NCBI RefSeq assembly: GCF_032062105.1
Contig: NW_026938165.1
Coordinates: forward strand, 62,001 to 115,816
Direction of reading: 5' to 3'
Source: Saccostrea cucullata
Taxonomy: Eukaryota
Length of the DNA: 53,816 nt
Shown here: piece by piece, positions 1 through 11,900 of the stretch
Layout of the letters: each line of letters begins with the position of its first letter
Numbering within the stretch: position 1 is the first letter of the stretch
Program-made: the position numbers and the translations under genes
Notes under the pieces: generated by a model
Told to the model about the DNA's origin: nothing
Databases searched by the model: none
Seen by the model: the letters and a program-made list of their open reading frames with translations, nothing else

Positions 1-599
1 AATGAATGAAACAAAGGTGCAACCAAATGAAACATCAATACTAATACATTGTAATTCCATTGTAACATTATTTTTTTTTGTTTTTTTTATTTATTTTTTT
101 TATTTCTGCATTAAAAAAATATATTGCAATTATGTGTTATGTCACTCTGCAAACTGATTGTTGAAAAAAAAATCATATTATACAAAATCAAATTAATCTT
201 GATAACTTTATATCAAATTCATTTGAAAATAAAGAGCTGGTCATCCAGTAATGAAGTGCTTTGACAGACAATAAATTACAATTAAGAGAATAAGAGAAGA
301 GAGATCTTTAATTCTTGTGCCTGATTCCCAGGAGATTACACATGGTTGATAATGAGATGCCTTAATGTTCAACTTCCCACACCAAACTCATTAATTTATC
401 TTTAACTGGATGCATGTCCAGTCATTATTCCCAAGAGACAAATGAATTTACATTATCTTCAGTGTAATGTAAAAACTGTTTTCAACACTTGATGATGTTT
501 CTTTTTTTTAAAGTTTATATGAGTAGTTTTAAGCTGTAGTATTTTTGTACAGATATTCTAGATTCTATGTCTCAAACCATAATTATACATGAGCCCAAA

Positions 600-1005
600 A
601 TGAACAAGTCAATTAAAATAAAAAATAAAACCTGTAAAATGCAAAAAAATGAACAAAAAGAGTTGAAAATTCCAATTACACACCTTCATATGGTGAATAA
701 TAAGTGTACAAATTTTCAGATTAATCCTTGCAATAGTTTCTGAGAAACGGTACGGACAAAACCACAAAATAAAAATGAAAAAACACCTGTAAAATTCAAA
801 ATAATAATCGAATCAAGGTGAAAATATCAGGTGCACAACTTCACATGGTGAATAATATTTGTACAAATTTTCAGACAAATCCTTCCAATAGTTTCTGAGT
901 AATGGTCCGAACAAAATCTCGTCTACAGACAGACAGACAGACGGACAGACGGACATGGTGATTCCAATATACCCCCCCTAAACTTCGTTTGCGGGGGGTA
1001 TAAAA
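600..1005 (-). mobile_element. Non-autonomous Helentron-like (HINE/pearl-type) element remnant
   Basis: Two ~156-bp repeat units (caca.cttca.atggtgaataa at ~678 and ~834), a (CAGA/CGGA)n microsatellite at ~926-955 and a terminal hairpin atacccccccta...gcggggggtat (~968-1001). A near-identical end occurs at 40380-40447. Confidence 0.7.
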
Positions 1006-1496
1006 ATCTATTTTATGTAAATTATCTAATAAAAATTTGAAAACTAGAAAGAATGCCTACCTACCTACCCAGTCTAAAAATTATAGGTTGGCAACTGCAA
1101 ACAAAGAATTTTTTAAGCTTGGCCTGATACTAAAATGTGTACAAGTTTCCAAATTAAATGTGAGTTACATATCAGTTGTAACTTCATACTTGTATTTTAG
1201 AAACTTTAAACATTAATTCACTGCACCTACAACTTTTCTGCCAAGAAAAATACCCCCCTTCATGCAACGAACAGGATGACATTGTGTAATGTCAAATCTT
1301 TAAATTTATAATATGTATGTTTGCAGGAGGAAGTACGTAAAATGTAAGATTCTTAAAGAACACTTATGACTTAACTTGATATTTTTAAATGGGTGTAAAT
1401 ACATGATTTAATAAAATTAGTGATAGAGGCACTTAAACTATACAACAAGTTTACATCAAGTATTACATCAGATGTTACAGACGTGTTTTAGAGGGG

Positions 1497-1765
1497 GGTA
1501 GTAATGGTACAGTTACCGTACAGTTATTTTCATTACCATACATTTTGATTGAAGGAAACAAATTGAAATTTTTATCATGTCTAATATAAACTATTATTTC
1601 AGTAAAAACAGAAATTCTCCTCCTTCTCAATATGATAATTTAAATATCATACAATTTTTTCAAGGTATTAATGGCACAGTTATTTTCATTACCATACATT
1701 TTGATCGAAGGAAACAATTTTTTTCACATCTAATATCTACTAATGTTTCAGTAAAAACAGTAATT
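1497..1765. repeat. Local imperfect tandem duplication, period ~156 bp
   Basis: acagttattttcattaccatacattttgat.gaaggaaaca...ttcagtaaaaacag occurs at ~1520 and ~1676. Confidence 0.6.
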
Positions 1766-2518
1766 CATGAAAAATGACTAGAAGAAATTGATTAAATAAA
1801 TTGACAGTTTAGCATATTTTAACAAATGCTAAACCTGACTGAATAACAATTGAAACAAATTGAAAATAAAGATTTTGTAAAATATGTATCAAATAGAAAA
1901 AATACCATGGTGAAAATGTGAAATGATACTGATCATGTAAACAATTTCACCCCATATGTGTTTTAGCAAAATGCAGACAGGAATTTATTCTATTGTCAGT
2001 TTGTTCAAATTATTGAACCCTTTTTCAAAGCCAAATGGGAGGTGCTCTGATCATCTTTCGGATAATAAATACATACGATTGTGCTTGCCCCAATGGTATT
2101 ACCATCAAACATAAGATGCCGATGGTGCAACCGTAAATTGATGTAGCATGAGAGAACCGAGTAAGCAGCAAGAGGCATTTGCTTTGCATTGTTGGTCTTG
2201 ATTTAACTACATAAAAAAATTCATTTGAATCATTTTAAATTAGTCTTCACCCAGGTATTGTGGTTAGAACTCGCAAAGCGAACAGTAAACTCAGCGAGAT
2301 GGATAGAGACCAAAACTTTAGTCTCTACCCATCTCGCTGAGATTATGCGAGCAGCATACTGTGCTCTCTATTGATAAAAAATCTAAGTGAATGGAAATCA
2401 GCACTGTAAGAGTATAATATGACACACATGATCAAAACCTTCTTTAAACATGGTCATCCCTTATGGTTTGCTTTATAAGTATATCTAATATTTTAGTATC
2501 ATTCAAAAAATGTGACAC

Positions 2519-2780
2519 CTGTTGGAGCACTATCCACAATTCTTAAGTCAAATGCTCCTGCACATCTGTAATTGGCTGCTGTTCCATTGTCCCATACAAC
2601 AACGACTTCCTCTGGGGACTCAAAATTCCTCACTGTCCCGACATGCCCCTCACCCCCGTCTTGTTTCCCCCATTTCCAGTCTGGCCCTCGTACAACCCGA
2701 GCTCCCACGCCCTCTACCATATTTACACGAGCTACTCGATTAGTCGTGCTAATATTTGGATCTATATTATCAGCATTCAT
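2519..2780 (-). CDS. MIB1: E3 ubiquitin ligase mind bomb 1, first coding exon (MIB/HERC2 domain); gene continues off the left end
   Basis: MNADN...[68 protein letters not shown] is nearly identical to the MIB1 N-terminus. Phase-1 GT donor at 2518-2517. Confidence 0.95.
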
Positions 2781-2970
2781 TTTCACTGATTGTCTATATC
2801 TTCTCAAAAGGGAGAAATTTAACAATATTTCATCGATGTAAACATTTTCTTCTCTGTCTGTCAAATGGCTGAATTAAAGTCTCGCGAGAAATGCCGAAAT
2901 CTCGAGGTCTTTCGGAAGTTAAAAAAAATCTATCGGAATGCCTCTTCAATTTTCTCATTCGTTACTTAGT
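2781..2970. promoter_or_regulatory. Bidirectional promoter region between MIB1 and CABLES
   Basis: Only 190 bp separate the divergent ATGs. Contains YY1-like AAATGGC (2863-2869), palindrome TCTCGCGAGA (2880-2889) and ETS-like CGGAAGT (2913-2919). Confidence 0.7.
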
Positions 2971-5900
2971 ATGGCGACAGCGAGCATGAAACAACTGAAG
3001 AGGAGATCGAGAAGAAGAATCGCTGCTGTGAATTTTTTATCAAACATTTCTTTAGATGGTACATATAGGGATACAAAACATGCTCTATTTAATCCCAAAC
3101 ACCAGCGTTTGAAGGATGATATCGTGGAAGAAGTGGAAAATAATGTCAACAGATCAGGTGCAGAAGACCTTTGTGGTGATGATGAAAATGAGTCCAATTT
3201 AGAAGGAACTAAGAAAGTGACCGCTTTGTCAGCGGTTGAAAACATTGTGTCAGTGAATAAATCCGTCCAGAATAATGAGAATGGGACAGTGTTACAACGG
3301 AGACTGTCCAAGGGAAAACGAGGAAGGTAGGTTATGAGGATGCAGGTCATTGGAAGTAAAGATGGAGGTCACTGGACCACTGGCAGGAGTGATCAGTGGT
3401 CAGTATCGATTTCCGATAATATAAAAATGTTCCCAGAAAAATGATACTTACTGTATATCTGCACTGAACTATCAATTTTTTTTATATATATATGGTATAA
3501 TGAGGATTTCAAAATTTATTATTTTTTGTCTGAATCTCACTTTATGTAACAAATAAAATTTTATGATATTAAAATAATTATGTATTTAAAATGTTATCGG
3601 TAAATTATTAGGAGAAGTAAAATCTATGAATGGGTGTACTTACAAGGAAATGTTTTTTTTTTAATATGGCATATCAAAAGTATAAATCTGAAAGTTTTCC
3701 CGTGATAGATTATAAAATGGTCTAAATTGAGTAAATTCATATGACAGTGATGACTGTCACTAAATATGTTTTTTCATAGATATTCAAAAATAAACTTGTA
3801 TCACTCAAAGAGGAAATAAGTTTGGTGCAAACCTATGAATATATGTGGGAAAGTAGAGTTGTTCATTTGTCAAAGATGACAGTACGTTGACAGATTTACT
3901 AATACTTCTTTGGCCATAACAACTAATCTTTCTCCATAGGACAGACCACAATAGAAATTTTCAACAGTAAAAAAGTAACATTTTTACCAACATGAATATC
4001 AGATTTATTTTTTCTGCTCTAATTTTAAGGGTTTGCTTCAAAAATTTGAAATTTAGTTTGTGAGTCTTTGAAGAATTTTAGTTCCATCATTTAATGTATT
4101 TTTATTATATTTTTTGAAAAACAATTAATTAATGAAATAGAGTTGGTCATTCTAAAATGAGAATATGGCCATATGAGACCAGAATACACATTTTTATTAA
4201 TGTCAATACACTGAACTTCTAACAGCATCAGACCATTGACACAAGTTAGCCCCAGGGTTTACAACACATACTGGTCAGTAAACTGAGTCTAGACTGTTAT
4301 TCCTCTTTGCATAACACCTTCATGGGTCGTCACACCCCCTTGTTCTGTTGTGTAAACAAGCAGTGTTAATTTCAACCTATATTGTATATTTCCTGCTCTA
4401 AAAACCCATTTACTGTATTAAAAAAAAAAGTGGTTCAAGGTAGAGAACATTAAAGCATTCATTATAAATTTTGCAGTTTTATTACTTTATTATTCAACTT
4501 AGCACAGATTTAAATTAGTTTTCAAGGTTTTTTTTGTTGTTATTGTAAAGTAATTTCATGATTCAATTTTCTAGAGAGAATTAAGTAATGACGAGGATGT
4601 GTACATTATGAAAGCTTTGAGTACTCCACCCATAAAAATCCATTCTTACTGAATTATTGATAAATAATTCAGGACAAGCTGTTCTAACTGTCCTTGGAAA
4701 ATCAATGGATTTAATCATTTACAAATTGTTTTCTGACTTTTTTAATTAAAATTTTGAATTCATGAAATAAAACTATAAATTATCTATAGTTGTTGAATAT
4801 AAAAAAGGCCTACTTAACTTTATGTCACTTCAAGGAGGATTTTAATTTATGGATAAATGCAGTGGCTAAGTTGTGTGTTCCACTTTTCGAGGATTTTACG
4901 CAATGCTACATGTATTTGCAAGAGGCAAACAAAAAAACAATTAACTGAAGATATTGATATTCTTATCTTTTCTGTGTTATTGACCTAAGAATGAGAAACA
5001 TTAGCCTTATGACATATTTTAAACTTTGTTAATCATGTTAATAGTTATTGATCATATAATTATAAAAGTGGAATATACAGGTAATTATTTTTTGATATTA
5101 TTGACTTCTGAATTTCATTTCATTCCATTAATTAACAGTCCATTGTCACAGTGACTCATAAATTTTTATTTTTTTTTTCCTATGTGAATCATATGTTTTA
5201 TTTATCCTAATAAATTAAGTGATATGGCGGACAGGGGATTTGCATAATTATACATATAGACAGCACTTACGTCAATTAACTCTCATAAATTAATTACAAC
5301 TATCCAGAGACAGAACTTTTCCTTTTGATTCCGTCACTTGCGTCATTTGATCAGGTGTCTTAAATCGAAAATTTGAAATTCCTTGTTGTACCTTGGATGT
5401 CAGTGTCAAATTACAAAAAGAACGAAATTAGGCTTGTCTTGTTATTATTTAAATCAGTTTGTATTAATAGAAACTTTTGATTAATTTTTTTCCAATGCAC
5501 AAAAATTCTGAATATTTTAAGTCATTAAAATTGTGTGCTATTTAAAAAAAACATGTGATACCAAGATTTTTTTTTGATGTAAGGATTTATATGCCTCAAC
5601 CATGTCAAATGTTCAATGCATATGTTTACACAAATTCGGGGGGAAAAAATCTAAAAGGAAGGAAAAAATTTACAGTATGTCAGAAATTGCATTCAGTGGG
5701 TTCAGTTTGTTCTGTTTTCTATTAATTAAAGAGAAGTCCACTTGACATTTTATAGATGTAATAATAGTTTTATCAGGATTAAAACCAATCACGTTTACAC
5801 AATACTTCAGTTTGTTGTAAACATAAACCTATAGAGGGGGTTGGCCTTTAAAAATGACCTTGACTGTCTGCCAGAAAATTGAGAACAATACACAAATGTT

Positions 5901-8900
5901 GATATAACTTAGATTTGTAAGATTACAAGATCAAATAAACTCTTCAAAAGGAATCTTTTCAATTGAAAAATTAATCAGCAGTTTATAGCATTGCATTTTT
6001 AATAGTTAATCAATTTTTTGAATAAGAACATATTATTATTTGGATATAATTGATGCAGGGTACATTGTATGTAATATGATTCAATTTGTTAAGCTTGTTG
6101 ATATCAAAGTTGTATAGATTAAAATTGAATGTAGGTCATTCATGTGTACAAAATCATGTTTACAAGTATGTATTGACCTAGTTGAGAATGTAGGAGTAGT
6201 ACTTGATCCTTGAGGATTTATGTCATTTGATTTATAAACAAATGTTTTCTTGTTTTTAATTTTCTGATACATTGTATATTTTGCCTTTGAAAATTATTTA
6301 AATGCTGTATTCATGAATCGATCTACAACTAAATACATTGTATGTATTACTAACAGTAGAACATGAAAATTAACATTTACAAACATGCAATCATTAATTA
6401 TAAATTTCCATGCAGTTTTGAGAATCAGTTAAGCACTGTCTTCTCAAGAACTACTGGACCAGAATAGCTGAAACTTATGTGGAAGTCCCCTGAGTTAGAG
6501 TTATAATATAATTGTTCAGATCATTACCCCTTGGGGTTACAGTGTGACCACAATAGGGAATCGAAGTTTTTCATCGAAATATAAGGGAAAAATAAACTTT
6601 AAAAATTTACTTATATAACTTGGAATATACGGGGCTGGGAATGCTGGTGAAGAACAAGTGTACACTGTGGTCCAGGGGCCTCTTGTTAAAGCTACATTTA
6701 CATTTAAATTTACTAGTTGAGTAAACCTTTTGCCAGGGGAAATGATGTGAAGTTGACAAAATCGATAAATCAGAGTGCTCTCAGAACAGCACATCACTGA
6801 ATTCTGGTAAGAGAAGATAATGTACATGTACGTACGTCTTTAATGGATTTAATTAATTGTAATGTATCCTCTTACAGTATCACAGTCAGCATCACGGAGG
6901 AAAGAGAGAGATTGAGAAGAGAATCGGGATTTGGCAATACACAAGCATGTCAGAAAGACATTCTTGAAAGACCAGGTTAGTTTCAGTTCGTCTTATTTAC
7001 TCTCAGGCCATACTATGGTGTATGAGGTACATGAAAATATTCAAGTAATTAATTTGTAATGAATCAACATTCATGGTAGACATTAGAATATTGAATTTAC
7101 GAGTACCATATATGAGCTCAACTGAAGTTAAAAGTGGTCACTTAATGAAATAGAAGGATTCATCAACAAGCAGTCTAGAGTTTTTCTCAATAAAGAACAT
7201 ATTCTTACAAGTCAGATTGGATGTCTTAGGTTACAAATCTAAATTTTGTGAATTTGTATCATAGATCTTTAGGAAGTTTACTGAGGCACATTTATAGTCC
7301 AATGCTCTTCTTAAAAATCATGATATTTAAAGCTGAACATGAGTGGTAAATAGGCATACACCATATTCGATTATACTATCTAGTCTACCCAGCACTGGGT
7401 ATACTCTTCGCATTCATTGCACCTGAATGCTTTATTGACATGGTTATCAACATGGAATGGTGACATGTTGGTGCTGGTTATCTTGCATTGCCTTTGTTTA
7501 TTTTTGTAATTGCAGTTACATGTATTTGTGTTTGTTTGTATACTGTACTGACCTGTGCAATTGAACATTGTATGTTTCTTTGATATCTTTCTCTCTTGCC
7601 ATTGAAGCAGTACAGTTATTTTCTGTCGCTACGGAGAGCTATGTAGCATATGAACATCTGTTGATACAAAGTGACAACTGATGAAATGATTACACTAAAC
7701 ACTGTCTAAGTGAGTGGCTTATATAGAGGCCCTTAGATAAAGAGAGTGAATAAAGAAATATGGTGGAAAAATTCTTCTGTAGGAGTCGTGTTCAGCTTTA
7801 ATGTGTTACTTTTCATGAATGAGTCTTGTAAAAAAAAAATGATTTATCAAGTAATATTTACATTTCCAATGTCTTTGTCTGAGATAAAATTACAAATAGT
7901 AAATGTACTTTATTTCCCAATCAATGTATTGGCGCGGTTCAAAAAAAAAACAAGTGCAGGGCGGAACAAACAGCTAGACAGAAGCAGGGCTTGGAGCACG
8001 TGGATTGGTGGAATCAAAGCATATAAATATAAGGAATAACTGTCAGATTTTTCAATTTCATGACGATGATCAATCGATTGGGTTGCGTGATAATTTGCAT
8101 AAACACAGAAGGCGTTTATGCATAAAATTATCACGCAAGCCAATCGATTGATCATCGTCATGAAATCGAAAAATAAGACAGTTATTCCTTAAGTAAATAC
8201 TACACAAAAGCTAAATTATTCATACATTTAGCAAACCACAGGAGATAAAGTATTCCTGAGTTAAACATTTCAGCTATGGATGCATAAATGAACCTTCAGA
8301 AAAGATTTAGTTTTATAAAGGAGTGGTACAATATTAAATGTTTAGCTGTTCTGTCAACATCATTGTTGCAGTATTTCAGACTCAACAGCCAAAGATTACC
8401 GAGCTAAGAGATTTGTTTTATATCAGAAATTGTACCAGAAACAATTATTTTACCATAGCAACCAATCGGCCTAGAAATATATTGAGGGTTAATTACATCT
8501 TATTTGTTCGGCATCCTGTCAATTGGTGTTTATGGTGAACATGTGAGTTAAATAAATGATGTACTGTTTCAGATGAGAAGTCTCCGAGACGAGATGGAAT
8601 TGCCGTTTTCCAAGGGAAGGACTTTAGGCAGCTGAGTGCTGAAAATAGAAAACACCTCGCAAATGAACGGTATGTTTTTCATAGATTTGTCACTGCTGAG
8701 CATCTTGTTTGATCTGATAGTCTTATTTGGGTTTTTTTTGTAATATTTCTTCCTATTGCATCGATTTTTCGGATTCTTGAATTTTTTTGCATGTCAGAGA
8801 TAAATTGATACGTATCTTGCAGATGTGTCGAAGGCATTAGCATTAACATGGTTGATTTATACTTTGAAATCATTTGTCTTTTTCCTTCTTTGGTGAATTT

Positions 8901-11900
8901 AAAAAGGAGTGCACTTGGCTGATCAATACATGTTGTATGTGAAATTCTATGAAAAAAACTCACAATTGAAAATATACAATATATGTTGTAAAATTAATTT
9001 CTAAAAATAAGTACAGGATAATTTTGTGACATTAATTTTCTTTTACTGTATTTATAGTACACATTAAATAATGGCTGTTGCTATTTCAAATTTTGTAGAG
9101 TTAGGTTTATAATCATAAGGATGTATGATTAAGGCATAAGTATTTATAACTAGGTTTCTGACCTGTAAACACTTAATAAATAGACAAGCAATCTTGAATC
9201 CTTGAACTGCTTGCATAACATTGTCAATTACTAGCCACTAATATTTTTAAATAGAATGAATAATCTTACATCCTACTTCAAGCAAGAGGCAAGGGTCAAT
9301 GATTTACCTCATTTGAGCTGATTTGCCATTAATTTACATTACATGTACTAAATCTTGTCATAATCTATCATCTTATACATGTTTAACTTTGGTTCTTGAA
9401 GCAGAGAGAGAAAAAAATTATTAATATCATTAATAAGAGAGCTTTATATTTATTTGAAGCTTTTGTTCATTTATATGTTCATTAACAGAATGTGGTACAC
9501 ATGCCACCTTGCTAATAAATAGCTATCAAAATTTTCAATGAAATTATTTTGTGAAAATTGCAAAATAATTTAAGTCAGAGTCCTTTAATGAAGAGCTTGA
9601 TTAGGGTTAATTTGAAAGAAAAAAAAATAAAATTAATGACAGTTCTAGACAGGTGTACAGCATAAGCCTTACAAGCTATTCATTTCTTACTTTTCAAATC
9701 TGATTTTTTTTTTCGCAAATTACAAAAAATCTGAACAGTGAACACCATGAAAAAAACCTTTCATTGATATTTTTCTGCATGCAATAAAAATTTTCTAACT
9801 GTGTGCCAGAGTTGTACCCAGATCTTTATATCATCTCTGATTTCTCTCTACGCATGCTTTATTTGCAAGGTTGATGATTGTGTCAAAAAAGAAAAACCCC
9901 CTCGTTTTGTCCTCCACCTTGATGTACAGTCGTAAAGCCCAGATTCGAAGGTAAGGTTATCCTTAGGTCAAGGTCGTTAAAGTGTTGAAATATCATAGAA
10001 TTTTTATAATGTAAAGGATTTGCTAGTAATGCATCATTAATAAATTGTCTGTTCATCGTACACAATGTATATAAAACGTAATTATTCTAGTTGCTAAGAA
10101 ACTGATAACTTAATTAAAATAGATTGCTATTACATGTATTAGACATTTCTCTGCATTTTTTAACCTGCATTTGATGTATAAATGCTTGGTAAGCAATAGC
10201 TTTGAGAAAATTAATGCACATCATTACTTATAAATGTCTTGCTTTTACTTACTTTGCTTTTTTGATAAATAAATATTTCTTTAATTTTCACGTAAAAATT
10301 AAGCTTTTAAAGTCAGCTAAGCTTAAAATGTGCATATTTGGAAACAAATCCTGTATTGATTGAATTTTACAAATAAAGTATAGCTAGGACTAGGGCTGGG
10401 CAAAAATATCGATATTTTGATATATTGCAATACCTTTATAAAAAATATTGTAATACCGTAAATCTGGAAATTTTTACGTCGATTTTATTTTGCGAATTCT
10501 GGTCAAAATGCTGTTGATTAATTTTTACGTTTCAAAATTTTGAGAATGACCACTGCTTTGTTTACATTTTCTTATTGGTAATTTATTTTTAAGAAAAATA
10601 TTTTTGCGAATGCAATGAACTGGCAAATTTGCTAAAATTTTATCTACAGCAAAAATTGTCAGATTTACGGTATTACCGGGTATACGTTTTTGTAATATTG
10701 ATAAACCGGAAAAATGCTTAGACTAAGGAATTTAATTTTTACATGTAAATATAAAAATGATTGAAGAAAGGTTTGTTTTTAAGCCCAACAAGTAAGACAG
10801 AAGCTGTTTTATGGATGATTAACTTTAATAAAATCAACAAGATTTTTATCCTTTTGATTACATAGAGAATATTACGTATCCAACATTTACATGATACCAC
10901 CTTATTATCATGTCAATAAACCCATGCCACGTGATGTACATTGAATGGAATTAATCTTCTATATCATATATTTAAAATACATAATATGCGAGTTCACATT
11001 TTAAAATAGGATTTTTTGAAATAACATTATTGCTTTTGAATTTAATAGATGTAAAGAAATTTTTAAGACCACAAATGTCCAGTGAATTATTTTATATGAA
11101 TGTTTAAATAAAATGTAAATTAACTTTTATTACATTACTGTAATAACGAACCCCACTCTCCACGCCCATACTTAGAATATTAAACATTGTGGAAGAGCCA
11201 TCTAAACTCGTGTCCACAGAATGGATATTGTGACCTCCTGGTCTGGTGCTAATGTAAAGCTTGTATTTACAACCGAGTATATGCATTAAATGTATTTATC
11301 AGTCCACTGTGACTTGAAATTAATATTATAATTTAATTTTCATTGAAGATATTGCAGTGCATATTGCAATACAGTGAAAAATCATTTTCATTACCAGCAA
11401 ATTAAGCAAAACATTCAGCTACATCAAAGAGCTGTTAGAAATATGGAAAACAACATTATTTAGATTCTCTTAAGTGTGTCAGCATATATTGGTAGACATG
11501 AGGGGAGGTTGACTTGAGATTATGACACCATTAGACTTGAAATCACCAAACACGGTTGTGGAGTACCATGCCCGAACAAAGAAAGAATACCTCATCCCTT
11601 GTTTCAATGTTTGGCCTAAAATGCATAAAAAAGACATTTTTTAAAAGATGAACGTCTATATGAGAATTCAATAAGATGTTTCTTTCCTACACCTTAATGC
11701 AAATCTGACCTTTCTTGGTGGTGAATGTCATTTGCGTGATGGACGCCGCGTCATGCCACACCAGTTCTGTGGACGCATCATAGACGCCTTCTGGGGTGTC
11801 TTCACTTGAATACCCGACACTCCATTGATACCTAATTAACATTTGTTGTAATGCTTACTTATTATTTTAGATAAGTTACTCCGAATTTTAAATAAGTACA

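Noticed and set aside
1-2500. miR-1/miR-133 cluster associated with mind bomb
   Set aside because: No match to the mature sequences seen; later MIB1 introns lie outside the window.
2499-3350. Antisense or alternate-frame ORFs (2522-2743, 2572-2841, 2955-3350) and the N-terminal extensions in the ORF track
   Set aside because: Shadows of MIB1 and CABLES exons; the extensions run through promoter/UTR sequence.
4577-4652. Possible extra CABLES exon ([13 protein letters not shown]...)
   Set aside because: Needs a weak acceptor, has no convincing donor, and exon 1 already joins 6878 in frame.
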